Below are positions 12,077-24,704 of a DNA stretch of 51,112 bases, piece by piece. Position 1 is the first letter of the stretch; the number at the start of each line of letters is the position of its first letter. The notes under the pieces were generated by a model. That model ran no database searches. It saw nothing but the letters and a program-made list of their open reading frames with translations, and had not been told where the DNA came from. This DNA is from Craspedostauros australis (taxonomy: Eukaryota), in NCBI GenBank assembly GCA_030167865.1, contig JALAGF010005853.1:1-51112 (forward strand), given 5' to 3'. The translations under genes and the position numbers were made by a program.

Positions 12077-12532
12077 ATGGCAACCCGAAAATCCTGCGAA
12101 GCGCTGAAGAAGACGAAGGACGCCATCGTCGGCATCAAGCGCAAGCTGCGTCCCATCGTCGAACGCCTCAATGACGACACCGCCGATCAACCCTCCATAT
12201 CTCCTGGCATGCGTGCCCAGGCGCAGGCCACCGTCGCCTTGTCGCTGGGCATGATGCGGTTCATGGCCGCACGTTTGCGCGGTCTGGATCAGGGTCGCAA
12301 GCCGGATGATGCGCTGCGACAGGACCTCAACAAGATGAGGAAGCTGCTGGCGGAGATCAAGAGCAAGAACGAGAAGCAGGCCATGGAAGATGCGGCGGCC
12401 AAGAGAGCTGCTGCGGCAACAACGACTACGAGCACCGCCACATCGAACGTGGAGGCTGACGCAGCATCTGATGAACCCGACAGAAAAAAGAGGCGCGTGT
12501 CTCCCAAGCGCTCCAAGCGTGGCAAGAGGTGA
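12077..12532 (+). CDS. C1D/Rrp47-like (Sas10/Utp3/C1D family) small nuclear protein, 151 aa
   Basis: AQAQATVALSLGMMRFMAARLRG...DDALRQDLNKMRKLLAEIK resembles the C1D helical core. The C-terminus is basic and NLS-like (RKKRR, KRSKRGKR). Confidence 0.65.
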   Translation: MATRKSCEALKKTKDAIVGIKRKLRPIVERLNDDTADQPSISPGMRAQAQATVALSLGMMRFMAARLRGLDQGRKPDDALRQDLNKMRKLLAEIKSKNEKQAMEDAAAKRAAAATTTTSTATSNVEADAASDEPDRKKRRVSPKRSKRGKR

Positions 12533-13658
12533 ATCTACATTGGCATACTCTCACCTTCATATCTTCATGGCTGCATTGATCGATGCACTCTAGCGAGCAC
12601 TCTGGCACAGAGATGCGCTCGTGAGAAGAAGAACAGCATAAAAATTCACGAGGAATCAACTGTTGAACAAACGACTAGACGATCCAATGACTTGACTCAG
12701 TGGGTGAATCGGTGGGTGCAGTAAACATGCATCATCCACATGTTAGGGTCAGTGCCGAAGCAGGGTGCGAGCCTGGATGTGGCTGCTGCCAGCTCCTCAA
12801 TGCTTGACCACCATGAAGATCGTGACACTAACAGTAGATCCCTCTTTGGGTACATGGCGATCCACATCCGCAGTACAACGCGTGGCAGTATCGAAACGAG
12901 GATGGTATTGATTCCACGGTGTATCCAACTCATCAACATCGTTGGAAGAGCAGCCATCTCCTCACCTGGACCTACGACTATAACTACATTAGAACCCTAT
13001 TTAGAACAGAGCTGGAGATCGTGGACGAACGGCTGTACTCTGGAATGGAGCAGAGCTTAGTGGGGTTGCAGTCGATCCCTCCCCTTTCTTCCTTCCTTCC
13101 CCTCCTGCCTTCCTTGGTGGCGTTCATTGACACCAACACGTCTGCTCCTGCAAGTGCACTGATTCGCGCAAACCTACCAAGTTGTGGGCTGGGGAGTTGG
13201 GGAAGAAAAGCGCAAAGGACGCGTTTGTCCGAACGTCTGTTGTTCGTCCGATCACGACTTGACCACGTGAACCCAACGTGTTGTGTCACAGTCGTTGCTT
13301 TCGTCACGTCACAGTGATGCCAGCAACGTGTCGTCTTTTTTCCTCTAACAGAATTCAGCTTTCCCTTTCAGGCCCTTTGTGAAGTCGACGTTGCGCGCAA
13401 CAGACGCAAAAACACTTCCTTCACAGCGAGGCACTTTGTCTTGTTTGCAGCAACAACGATAGATCGTGTGCTCTGCCATTGCCATCTGCTCTGCTTCGTA
13501 TCTGGCTGGACCCGATACGAACTGGCGCTGCCTCTTCCGCACTTACGACTTCGTACTCTTGTTTCGGACCGGGCACCTGCAACGGGAGCAACACTTGAAC
13601 TTGGATAGTATCACCACAAGAAGCAACACAAGAAGTTACACAACAAGAAGCAAGCACA

Positions 13659-15489
13659 ATGGAGAAGGAAGGAGTGCAACGCGATGAGGTGCTGCGGCGG
13701 CTGAAAATCGCCACGGCACTGTGCTTCAGCTTCCTCATCGTGGAAGCCGTGGGAGGCTACATGGCAGGGTCGTTGGCCATCATGAGCGACGCAGCGCACC
13801 TGTTTGCCGACATGGCCGGATTTGCCGTCGCCAGTAAGTTCACGAGCGCTTTGCTGTTGGAGTGCGAATGCGATGTGCGCGTTGCGCTGATGACAGTTCA
13901 CTTGAGAACAGGCTTTTTTCCATTCCTGCACAACGGCACCAGAGTGCAAGTCACGGTGTGGTAGTACGAGCTGCAGTTGGGCGCATTTGGCTGTCCACAA
14001 ACACATTCAACACCATGATGTGAAAGCCATAATAGATCTGCTCACCTCGACTTGTCACTCACCATGCTCCACCATTCTTCCTTTCGCACATGCCATGCCC
14101 TATCATACACACACATTGGTGCATTCACTATTTGAATTATGATATGTGTCTACAGTCGCTGCGAGCCACCTTGCCAGCCTGCCAGTCACCGAACAACACA
14201 CATTCGGGTTGAAGCGGAGCGAATCATTGGCGGCGTTGCTTAGCATGGTCAGTCTGGCATTCGCCAGCATCGGATTGGCGTACGCGGCCATCCAGCGTCT
14301 GCTATTCGGAATGGAGGACGACATCGACGCGAAGTTGATGACGGGCATTGCTGCCATCGGAGTTGTCGTCAACTTCATCCTGGCCTACGTTCTGGGAGAG
14401 GATCACATCCATCTCCCCGGAGCGCACGATCATGACCACTCTCATGATCACGGTGATGGCCATGGCCATGGACACAGCTGCAGCAGTGGAGCCGCTTGCA
14501 GTAGTGTCAGACGTCGCGACGGTGCAAAATACGCTCATGTCGATTCTAGCGAGTCCCTGGGGGCGGACGAGAAATCGCAGCCGCAGATGAACGGTGACAT
14601 TGAGGGTGCTTGTGACACCGATGAATCTCACAGTCACGATCACGATCATGACAATGATCGCGGATGCAGCCACGAGCATCATGACCATACGCACGGCCAT
14701 GGCGATGACACATCGCATGACGCATCGCATGAACACAGCCACATTTACAATCACATCCATTCCCAAAGCAACAGGCTGAAGAAGAGCGGTCCCAACCAAT
14801 TCAACATGTGCTGCCCGTCTCAGAGTGGTTGCAACAACATGAAAATGGATAACCTACTATTCTGCATACCCACCGCACCCGCGAACTACCAAACCAATGA
14901 TGGAGGCATCGCCACGGATGGCGAGGACACGGACAGCGAACCCGATACCGACGTGCAGATATCGCTGCGAGAAAGCAACGTGAACCTGAGTGCGGCCTAC
15001 CTGCACGTGCTCGGAGATCTGGCGCAGAGCGTGGCCGTCCTGGTCGGCGGCCTCATCGTCTGGTGGAAGCCAAGCTGGCAAATGCTGGACCCCATCATCA
15101 CGCTCGTTTTCTCCGTCTTCGTCATGGCCTCCACCGTCAAGGTTCTGCGCAGTTCCGTGGCCGTGCTGCTGGAGGAAACCCCGGCCAACATCTCATGGAA
15201 GCAGGTGTTCACGGCCATCTCGGAGATCGACGGCGTCTCCAACGTCCACGAGTTGCACATCTGGAGCATCAGCCATGGCGAGCCCGCCCTGACAGTGCAT
15301 TGCCTGTCGACCAACCCCAACGCCATTGCGGAGATCAACAAGGTCTGCCGGCGTTTCGGCATCGACCATGTCACAATTCAGGTCCAGCCCGAGGGCTTTG
15401 ACTGTCTCACGTGCAAGGACAAGCCGGATGGTCTGAACGTGGTGCACAACGACTCCATCTGTTCCTCCGGCGCTCGGGAGGTTTGCTGA
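13659..15489 (+). CDS. Cation diffusion facilitator (ZnT/SLC30/MTP1-like) zinc transporter, 2 exons, 502 aa
   Basis: Exons 13659-13833 and 14156-15489 (A|GTAAGT ... TACAG|TC, giving FAVAIAASHL). Motifs: [15 protein letters not shown] in TM2, a long His-rich loop, [14 protein letters not shown] in TM5, LDPIIT, and C-terminal [10 protein letters not shown]...HVTIQVQ. Confidence 0.95.
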
Positions 15490-16356
15490 GAGTGGTGAAT
15501 CGTAGAGTGGGACTCTACTATACTCTACGAGCTATTGGAGTACGCGCACCGCATCCCAATATTTTATCTACTCCAACACACGATACAATAGTTTTACAAA
15601 GAAGGGATTTCAGTCGTAGCACAGCATGGAGACAAACTATAATATGATATATAATATTATCACAAGGCCCTTTTCTTCGAAGATGCTGAGAGTATGTGCA
15701 GTTGCGTTGAGTAGAGTCGGGGCTGGTTGCGAGTCGAGTTCAGCGGAGGCCGGAAGCAGTTCTGGTGGCAGACGCTATGCAACGAACATAGAGACGACAA
15801 TTGGGCAGTGACATCGAAAGTTGCCTCCTCACTGTTCCCAAGACTCCCTCAACAGCGAAGCAGAACCAGTCCGAAGTGAGGGCGCTGGACATGCCAACTC
15901 TGTCTCCTCGTGAGTGTTCGCGGCGCCTCCACATCAGCACGCCCACACCACGAACAGAGTCGGACAAAGCAAAGCAACGCGCAGTGATCTCTCCCTCTGT
16001 GCCTTGATCAGTGTTGGCGCCATACTTGTGCTCCTTTGTGAGATCAAAGAGGAAACAATAAGAAGCGAGCGAATCAGAATTGCCCATAAAACAGGAGCAG
16101 CAAGGAGATACAGATACAGCCAGAGATAGAGATAGAGAGAATAGCATCACTTCCATCAGAGAAAAGTGATTACCCCTGTGCTCTTGCACTCTTGTGCTCT
16201 ATTACAATCTCCTCGTCTCTCCTCTGCTTATCGCATGGCTCCAACAGCACAATCGCAAGCAATAGCAATAGCAACAATAAAAGAGAGAACCGCGTCAACT
16301 GTATCAACTGCATTAGCTGGATTCAACTGGATTCAACTATAATCGATTGATCCAAC

Positions 16357-19300
16357 ATGCCGCCCAGCAAACAAGCATCCGAGAAGAAGCTGCAGCAGCA
16401 GCAGAGCAAACTGAATCGCAGAGCCTTGCGCGCCGTGCACACGTTCAGCAATGCCCGCAAGGAAAGCGCGCGCAAGGCCATCCTCGCGGCCGAGGTCTTG
16501 GAGGGTGTTGCCGTGACAACCAGCATCGCAACCGACACAGCTCCGGTGCGCAGGGAGCCGTCTGCACGCAGGCTTGTGGTGGAGTCCTTGGCCTGCGGCA
16601 GCTTCGCCAACGATGATGGTGTGGACAATCGAAGCGGTGCAGATGGAGGCGTTCGGATGATTGCTCCCATGCCTCCCACCATCGCCCTTCGCAGCCACAA
16701 CAAAGGCGATGGCAATGATGGAGGCCTGCCACGACGCAGCACGGATCTGGTGTCGTTGACATCGCACGAACAGGCCATGATCCGGGGCTCGCATCGCGGC
16801 TCCTTCGAATTCAACGAGCGCATGGACTTCGACGAAGTCCAGAGCACGGCCATGTCCGAGGACTCCTTCAATCTCCGCTCCGTCGACTTTGAGCACAACA
16901 CCCAGACGGGGCAGACGGCTCAGACCACGCTCCCCTCCACGCACGCGGGCGGCACCACCACGAGCGCCGATGGCAGTTCCAAGAAGCGGTTCAGGTTCGG
17001 CTCCAAATCGAGGGCGGCCAACAGCAACGGCAGCGCCAAGTCGTCCAAGGCCGGCGGCAGCACCAACAAGAGGAAGGACAAGTCGAGGAACGGCAGTGTT
17101 AGCAGCGGCAGCGCCAAAGGCAAGGGCAAGGGCAAGGGAAAATCCTTGTGGAAGTCCACGAGCCGCATCAAGCTCACATCCGAGATCCATTCGCCGGAGG
17201 CGTGGATGTGCGGTGTCTGCGCCAAGACGTTCGCCACCATGGAGGCCGCCGAACGGCATGAGGAGTACCACATCCGGGAAGTCATTTACGATCTGGGTTG
17301 GAAGACGCAGGAGGAGCTTGAGGAAGAAGAGCAGAAGAACAACAGCGACAGCATCCTCATCGACATGGGTCCGTCTTCTTGCGCTGCGGGTACTGCGTTC
17401 CGTGCGTCGCCGATGGATGCGAAGCGGGCAGTACCGTCACCGAAGAGGTCGTCCTTGGAACAGTCCAACATCGACACCAAGGAAGTCAGGAAGCTCGGAA
17501 ATCACACCAAGGTCAGCTTCTTGGAGACGGAGATGGATCACATACCATCCTCGCGACCATTCCACCTCAAACAACCCCCGGACGGACTGCAAAAGTCATT
17601 CGACGCCAAGGTGCATCCGCAAAAATCATGCATCCGAACGCCCGACATGGAGGATCGCTTTGAGGAGACCGAGCGTCTCCTCGTCCCGCTGGGTATGAAG
17701 GATTACGTCGTCCTGGCCGATGAAGGCCTGGCGGATTGCTGCAATCGTGCGGAAGCCATGATCCTGTCCAAGGAGGAGAAGGACGCGGAGCTCACGCTTA
17801 GTCTGCTGTCGACTGACAAGAAGCACTACGACATGCTCGCCGAGCGTCAGATGAATCGCGAACGACGCGACAAGTACCACAAGCTGCGAACGGAGGGTAA
17901 GACCGTGCGCGAGAGGATCCAGAACAAGTTCGTGGACGCCTACCAGCTCATGAAGGAGGGCAAGGCCAAGAACAGGGACGTCCTCGTAGATCACTACAAC
18001 CGCAAGCCGAAGGGCGACGAAGAGCAGGAGGCGAAGATGGAGCACAACGACAAGACGATGTACGTCAACGTCGTCGTCAAGAACTCCGTGCGCGTCGTGA
18101 GCCACGAGCTGGAACGCCTCGCCAAACGACGGTGGGAGGCCGAGAACAACAAATCGGCCGCCTCTGGCAATGCCTTGACGAAGAAGAAGATGGGCATGGG
18201 TACGGCGGCGCAGGCAGAACGGTTTCAGCGATTCCGCGCAGCGGCACAAGGCAATCTTGTCAAGCTGGCGGGTTTGGCGTTGGCCAGCGATTTCACGCCG
18301 AGGCGTATCGCCGTGCAGCTGTCCAATGATGTGTACCGGTAAGTTCAGCGTTCATATGTTGACGATTGGGTTTGGTGGTGACTAAAGTGTGACTAAAGTG
18401 CGGGTATGTGGTGGTAACGTGCGGATTCATCCATCCATCCATACTTCCATGGGCATCAGCAGCAGCAACAACAGCATTCAAGAGAAAGGATGCAGCAAGT
18501 GCAATGCTCGAAGATAATGTTCCACTCCTTGCCTTTATTTGGCTGTCTTTGCAATCAGCTGACACTCCTTCCACACTGTTGCCACTCCACACTTCATGTC
18601 AATATTCCACCCCATGAACACATCAATTTTGTCCATCAATTGATTGACTTTCTCCATAATGCTACTACTCTCACAACAACAACAACAACCCAGCCACTTC
18701 CCACCACGGCTGAAGCGCCATGGAATCACCATCGAGAGCGAAATCGAGTACCGTGTCGGTCCATTCTTCGTGCTGGCTGTCAACATCAAGAGGATTGACT
18801 GGAGGCGATTCATTAAAAGTACGCACCGCGATGTGGTGGAGCGTCGAAACAAGTGGCAGAGGAAGCAGGAGCAAGATGAACTGGGTGGGAAGGAGCAGGT
18901 GGGCATGCTGCAGTGTTGGTCATCGACCATTGCGAGGTTACGTCACATGTCCAAGTACGAATGGCTGTCCTACTTCATCGCCTTTCTGTATCACTTCCAC
19001 TGGACGATCTACCTGCCCGTATGCTGGGTCACCTACCACGTCCTCATGGGCAACCTGTATCGCACGTTCATCCTGCAGCACGTCGCGGACGAAACATTCG
19101 TGCTCGTCGAAGAGAAGGGAATGGAAATGCGCGTCGGGATCAAGGAGGCGCCGCAGCAAGCAGGGTTCATGCTGTCAGCGTTGCGAGAAATCAGGGACGA
19201 CGGAAGACAGCTCAAACAGAAGCAGAAGGAGTCGGAGTCTGTCGACAAGGCCAGCCTTTTGGGACCGTTGCTGGGTCCAGCAGTCAAGGAAGACAAGGGT

Positions 19301-19903
19301 CCAGCTCCACCCCCGCCCGACGGTTTCGTTGTGCCCGAAAGCTTGGAATTTGTTGGTCTCGAACTAGACTTGCCTGTTGGTTTTAAGCGACTGCGCTGGG
19401 CGTTGCTGAACACATCGTGCTCCTTCACGACTGACGCCGTCTGGAACGCTGAAGCCAAGTACGAGAACATCACAGTCGAGCCTTGGTCGAAGCATGATGA
19501 ACACATCGGTTCCACAACGCCGGTGGAAGGCGTGGACGAGGCTGACTTCATCGGTGCGGAGAGGAACGCATCGTACCTCATGCCAAAGTCCGTGTTCGTG
19601 AAGGCCAACATGTGCAGCGAGGTGCAGTACATCGAAAGCTACAACGACCATTGCTTCGTGCTGAAGAAGAAGGCGCTGACGCCCGACGTGCCATACGGTT
19701 CCACCTTCGTGGCGTGGACCAAGTACATCGTCATTAACACGGGCAACGACACCTGCAAGATGATCTGCTCCGTCGAAGCGGAATTCCCCAACGGACCCCC
19801 CATGATCGCTCGGCAGATCAAGAGTGGCATGCGCACCGGAGTGGGTGAGGTGTTCGTGCTGACGGGAGAGACGATTACCAAGTACGCAGACGAGTATCCG
19901 TAA
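16357..19903 (+). CDS. C2H2 zinc finger + hydrophobic segment + C-terminal VASt (StART-like lipid transfer) domain protein, 2 exons, about 1063 aa
   Basis: Exons 16357-18338 and 18694-19903 (CG|GTAAGT ... CCCAG|C, in frame). CGVC-x12-HEEYH at 17209-17271. TPDVPYGSTFVAWTKY...CKMICSVEAEF...IKSG is a VASt signature. Confidence 0.85.
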
Positions 19904-20281
19904 TGTGATGGTAGCTGAAGTGTACTCTCTTAACGGCATTGGGGTATGTGTTTGATTGCAGACGATATGCAACAAGACATTGGTAGTCGTACGAGTTGAG
20001 AGGTGGTTTGGACCAATTTACGCGCAAGAGTCGCTGAAGTACAGAGTGTAACCCATGAGTTCGAATGCGATCTGGGATGCTCCATTGTTCGTTGTTCCAA
20101 GATGCTGTCGCCAGGTCGTCCACGTCGTGACGAACGCACCAACGCCTGCGCACTGCCGTCGTATGGTATGATCGATATCATCGACAGCAATAGCAGCGAC
20201 TTGTGAGCAGACATTCTCTGTCAACCATTATTCCACCATTGTTTGTGTATGCGTATAGCAGCATACTGCGCATACTTTAAT

Positions 20282-21586
20282 TTAGTTATCCTTCTTAGAT
20301 CCTTCCTTTGCGTCCGTTTGTATCGGCGCACCATCCTTCCCCGTGGCATCTGCGTCCGCGACTTCCTCCTCTTCATCTTCCTCTTCCGAATAAGCGAACA
20401 GATCCGCGATTTCTCCACGCATCGTGGCACACAGGAAGGACGATCCCAAGCACGCCGGCACGAGGTACAGCAATGCCGGTTGCGCCGCGTTGAATTGGAT
20501 CATGACGAAGAGCGTCGTGCACATACCCAGAACGTAGGCGGCGAGAGCCGAGTGGAAGTACGGTTTGGGGAAGGGGGCGTGGATGTCGACATTTTGCGTG
20601 GGCATCTTGGCCATGTGGGCGTCGAATCGCAGCAGCAGGGACAGGAAGAATCCCGGGATGACGATGTCACCCAATCCCAGCAAGGAAAGATCGAGCTTGC
20701 CGTCGTCGTTGGGTTCCAACGATCGTGGGAAGAGGATTTTGATGGGTCCGTCGAGGTTCTTGGCCACGGTGACCATGACGTCGGTGCCGAAGACCCAGAA
20801 GATGTCGTAAAAGAAGAGACCCACGAGGAGGATGGCCCCGATCTTGTAGGTTCCCAGCGAAAAGCGCTCGATGCCCTGCAAACAGAAGCAGATGCCGATG
20901 ACGTTGTTCAGCGTCCAGTGGCGTTCCTGGAAGTAGTACGCGATGACGACGGCGGCGGCGGCGAATCCCACCAGATCCGTGGCGGTGAACTCCATCCCCA
21001 GGTCCAGCGGCTGCGGGATCAGCCAATCCGGGAAGGGATGGGTGGCAATCTCGAATTTCCAGCCCAGCTTCTTCTCGTTGACACTCTTGGGCATCACGAG
21101 GGCAAACATCGGCGCGAAGCACATGGTGAGGGCCCCCACACCGACCAAACCGAAGTAGCCGCCGATGAGCATGTTAACGAGCTCCGGTCCCAGGTACTTG
21201 ACGGCGAGGTAGAGCGAGACGAGGGACATGCTTCCCACCAGCGGGAATTGGTAGGCATCCTCCGTCCTGAGCGTCTCCTTGGGTGCTGCTGCTGCGGCGT
21301 TGGGATCGTACCCATCATCGCCCTGCTGCGGCGCTTCCTCTCGCAGCTCCAACGATGCGTGGCAGGCGGCGTAGAGGATGGCCGTGACCAGAAGCAGGAG
21401 GTTGACGACGTACGGGATGAGGATGACTTGGCATGCACCCCACAAGATGACGATCAGGGCGTACGATCCCACGATCATCATGTTCATCTTGCCGTTGCCT
21501 TGGCTGCTGGCATTTGTGGCGGCAATGGAAGATGCTTTGGTTGCGCTGCTATCCGCCATGTTGATTGAATCAGAGTATGAGGACAT
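20282..21586 (-). CDS. SPP: Signal peptide peptidase (A22B intramembrane aspartyl protease), 434 aa
   Basis: Motifs GLFFYDIFWVFGTDVMVTVAK, LGLGDIVIPG and QPALLYLVP, with a C-terminal KKxx (KKDN) ER-retrieval signal. First in-frame ATG is 21586, alternative 21559. Confidence 0.95.
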   Translation of the reverse strand: MSSYSDSINMADSSATKASSIAATNASSQGNGKMNMMIVGSYALIVILWGACQVILIPYVVNLLLLVTAILYAACHASLELREEAPQQGDDGYDPNAAAAAPKETLRTEDAYQFPLVGSMSLVSLYLAVKYLGPELVNMLIGGYFGLVGVGALTMCFAPMFALVMPKSVNEKKLGWKFEIATHPFPDWLIPQPLDLGMEFTATDLVGFAAAAVVIAYYFQERHWTLNNVIGICFCLQGIERFSLGTYKIGAILLVGLFFYDIFWVFGTDVMVTVAKNLDGPIKILFPRSLEPNDDGKLDLSLLGLGDIVIPGFFLSLLLRFDAHMAKMPTQNVDIHAPFPKPYFHSALAAYVLGMCTTLFVMIQFNAAQPALLYLVPACLGSSFLCATMRGEIADLFAYSEEEDEEEEVADADATGKDGAPIQTDAKEGSKKDN

Positions 21587-21614
21587 TGCGTGTGAGAATG
21601 AGATTGTGATGTGC

Positions 21615-21678
21615 AGGGCAGAGCTGGGCAGAGCTGGGCTGAGCTGGGCTGAGCTGGGCTGAGCTGGGCTGAGCTGAG
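21615..21678. repeat. 10-bp tandem repeat (GAGCTGGGC[A/T])n just upstream of the SPP start codon
   Basis: Read directly: agggca gagctgggca gagctgggct gagctgggct gagctgggct gagctgggct gagctgag. Confidence 0.9.
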
Positions 21679-22539
21679 TGGAACAGAGCAGATTCAACTA
21701 CCGTTCTCCCTCCACCACTGCCGACCACCAAAAGAAAATCATGGTCATTCATCGGTTTTCTTCGCCCCTGCGTGTTCTTCCTCCTTCCTCAAAAAACTAT
21801 GTTGGGTCATGAGCCCTGGACCAAAACTCTGTCCCGACAACCAAAAGAGATCGAAGGGGTCGATAATCGGATGTTGCAGTTGATTTCGATTCAGCGGATT
21901 CAAACGGTCGCACATGTCTTTTCTGGTACTTGCGTTACGTCAAACTCTACATACATCGACACAGTACCACGTTCTCGTTGTAGTATTGACAACAACAACA
22001 ACAACACGAAAACAACGAGTTGGATTTTGCTTCATCCGGGTGGCCCAAGACGTCGTGTTGCTGGCGTGTTTGTGAACACGGCAATTTCACGCGATGAAGT
22101 CGCCCAAACGGCAGCTGAGAAAAGGACCCGAAGGTAGATCACATTTCCACAACCAACCGTAAACTTCACAAACACAGCAATTCGTCTCACATTTTGCTTT
22201 CGACCTCAATTGTTCCACCATTGCCTTCCATCCGAGCTGCCTTCGTTCGAGAGAGACAGTCGCCACTTGCAGGCGACGCAGTCGGATGAACGCAACTGGA
22301 TCAACGTCGTCATCGTACGTGCATACATCCCACCCACACACGTACAACACATCACGCGCTCAGACAAGTGCGCGTTAGACGAACTATTGGTGCCTGCGAG
22401 AACCCAGGCAGTGCCCACAGTGCTGCTGCGTCAAGCCACCAAACACAAGTTCCTGCACCACAGAACTCTTGCAGGGCCATCGAGATATCCCTCCACACTG
22501 CAGATCCTCACATCAAAGGATCAATAGTGGAGTCACAGC

Positions 22540-24248
22540 GTGCAGGAACTCCGGAAGGAAGCAACCAACGCAAGCACAAGACAGAACAGGGCCGTAGATC
22601 TAGACGCCAACGACGATACAAACATGGACGTCAACGCCAACGGCCAGGAGGGCAATGCAGAGCATCACCCACAGAAGAAGGGCAAGTTCTCGGCGGAGGA
22701 ATCTGCCGTGGTGCGCAAAGCCATTGAGGACTACTGTGCGGAGCGAAGGATCGAAGTGTCCCGCCTCTGCAGCGAATGCGATCACAAGGCCGAGCTCAAG
22801 GGAGCGTGGATGGAGATCGGCAAGTGCCTGCCCAACCGTCGCGTCCAGAGCATCTACCGCCACGGCATACGCCAGCTGCACCCCTTCAAGCGGGGTCCCT
22901 GGTCGACCGAAGAGCTACAGACGCTCGTCGGCCTCGTGGCGAGGCTGGGCAAGCAATGGGCCATGATTCAGACCAAGCTGAATCGCTCGGCGGATGCCTG
23001 CCGTGACAAGTTCCGCGAGGATTGCGGGGAGTACACGAAGGGGCGCTGGAAGGACAACGAGACGGAGCAGCTCAAGCGCATGGTCCGCCAGTATCTCAAA
23101 CTCGACCCAACCACCAGCGTGCTCGAGATAGTGTCCGTAATTGAGTCCAAGGGCATCAGCGTACGTGCTTCCTACTTGTTCGCGCGGCACTGTATTGCAG
23201 CAGGTTGCGTTGTGTCGGTTTCTAGTTGGGTCCTGCAACTGTGCTTGGCACATGTCAGTCAGTCAGTCACCATTAAACTTCTTTCCTCTCTTCTCACCAC
23301 ACACCGTCTCTTCACTCGTGACACCATCCACCTCGTCACATCACATCTCACCCTCCTTCATCCCATCAATGCCTGACGACCCAATCGCCCCCCGCACGAC
23401 GACAGCTTCCCTGGACTGCATTCAGCAATCGAATGCAGAAAAAGTCTCGCCTCTCCTGTCTCAAGAGATGGGAGAAGATCGTGCATGCGGCCCTGAAGGG
23501 CAAGAAGATCGAGCAGGTCGCCAATCCCTACCTGTCACGGGAGAAGTCCAGGATTGCGCCCAACAGTGGCAGCAATGCCGCATCGCACAACGACACTCAG
23601 ACCAGAAGCGCGAAAACCGGACGTTCGCGGTCGACTTCGCGCGTCCGCACATCGCAGGTGGCCTCGTCCGCTGATGCACCGAGGATCCACGTCCCACCCG
23701 AGGCACGTCGGGCACCCACAGCCGGGGCAGCAAGCGCGGCAATGCTCGAGGCCGACGTGCAAACGGCCTTCACCAACATCCAGCGCAAGTCCACAGGCAG
23801 CGCGCAGAACGTTGGCACCGTCATTCACTTCCGCAACGTCTTCTCGTCTGGGGCCAGCAGAGATATCACGGCGAATCCAGCCTTCTCGGGAACGGTCGTC
23901 ACGGCCGCCGCCAACACACCGTCGCAGGACCTGCCGACGCAGGCTGAGAGCGATGAGAGTGCCACCAACGATATCTACCTTCTGGGCGAGATCATCAATC
24001 TTGGCATCGACGATCTCAATGCCGTCGATTGGGACATGGTAGATCTCCCCGATGCCAAGGATCGGTGGACCCTGCTGGTGGAGGAATGGAAGGCGCAGAA
24101 TCCAGGCAATCAGGTCCTGTGGAACAAGAAGCTGCCGGTCATGGCGAGGGACATTCTGGACCACAAGCAGATGGTCGAACGCGCGGCAAAGACCGTCGAG
24201 GCTGTCAACCTGCCCAATCCAGAGACGCTGCACAATCCGTCAGTTTGA
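22540..24248 (+). CDS. Myb-repeat DNA-binding protein, DMTF1/TTF1/Reb1-like (5' end unresolved)
   Basis: Repeats KKGKFSAEE..., KRGPWSTEE...WAMIQTKLNRSADACRDKFR and KGRWKDNE. Removing intron 23161-23405 (AGC|GTACGT ... GACAG|CTT) restores GISLPWTAFSNRMQKKSRLSCLKRW. A small upstream exon 22286-22314 spliced to 22539 is possible; otherwise the first ATG is 22624. Confidence 0.88.
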
Positions 24249-24704
24249 ATGCGAAGGACCGTGGAGATGCAAATGGGCTGACCAATGAATGCAGGGCTGA
24301 GAAGCTGGGGAGAGGAAGGACTGAAACGCTGAACGACAGTTAAATCGATGCATGACGATGTATGAATAGGTACGTAGGAATGAAAGTGGATGAATAGGAA
24401 TAGGAATAATAGTTAGAGTAACCACAAACAGGAGACCCGCACGCAAACAAGCAACAGCGGAAGAAATTGTTGCTGTAAAATACAATAGGTCGTAAGATGT
24501 ATAGTACAATAGCATTCACTTGGATCAGATCAACTCTGCAATGATTTCGGCGATTGAGCTGGCCGAGCATAGCTCTCGAATCGGAACCAATCTAAACTTC
24601 GTATGATACGCGCGTGCACCAGATAGCGCTGACCAATATAGTGTATTCGTTCTCTATCGCATAATGTTGGTCGTGACTGGTGCTATATCATATCTCCATC
24701 CCTC

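Noticed and set aside
12697..13317. Short ORFs between the C1D-like and CDF genes
   Set aside because: No recognisable domain and no convincing splice structure.
11090..13401. MRE-like TGCRCNC cores (11090, 11209, 12584, 12614, 13392) and palindrome GTTGCGCGCAAC (13390-13401) between the metal genes
   Set aside because: About one such core per kb is expected by chance, and MRE/MTF-1 is an animal system. Not supportable without conservation data.
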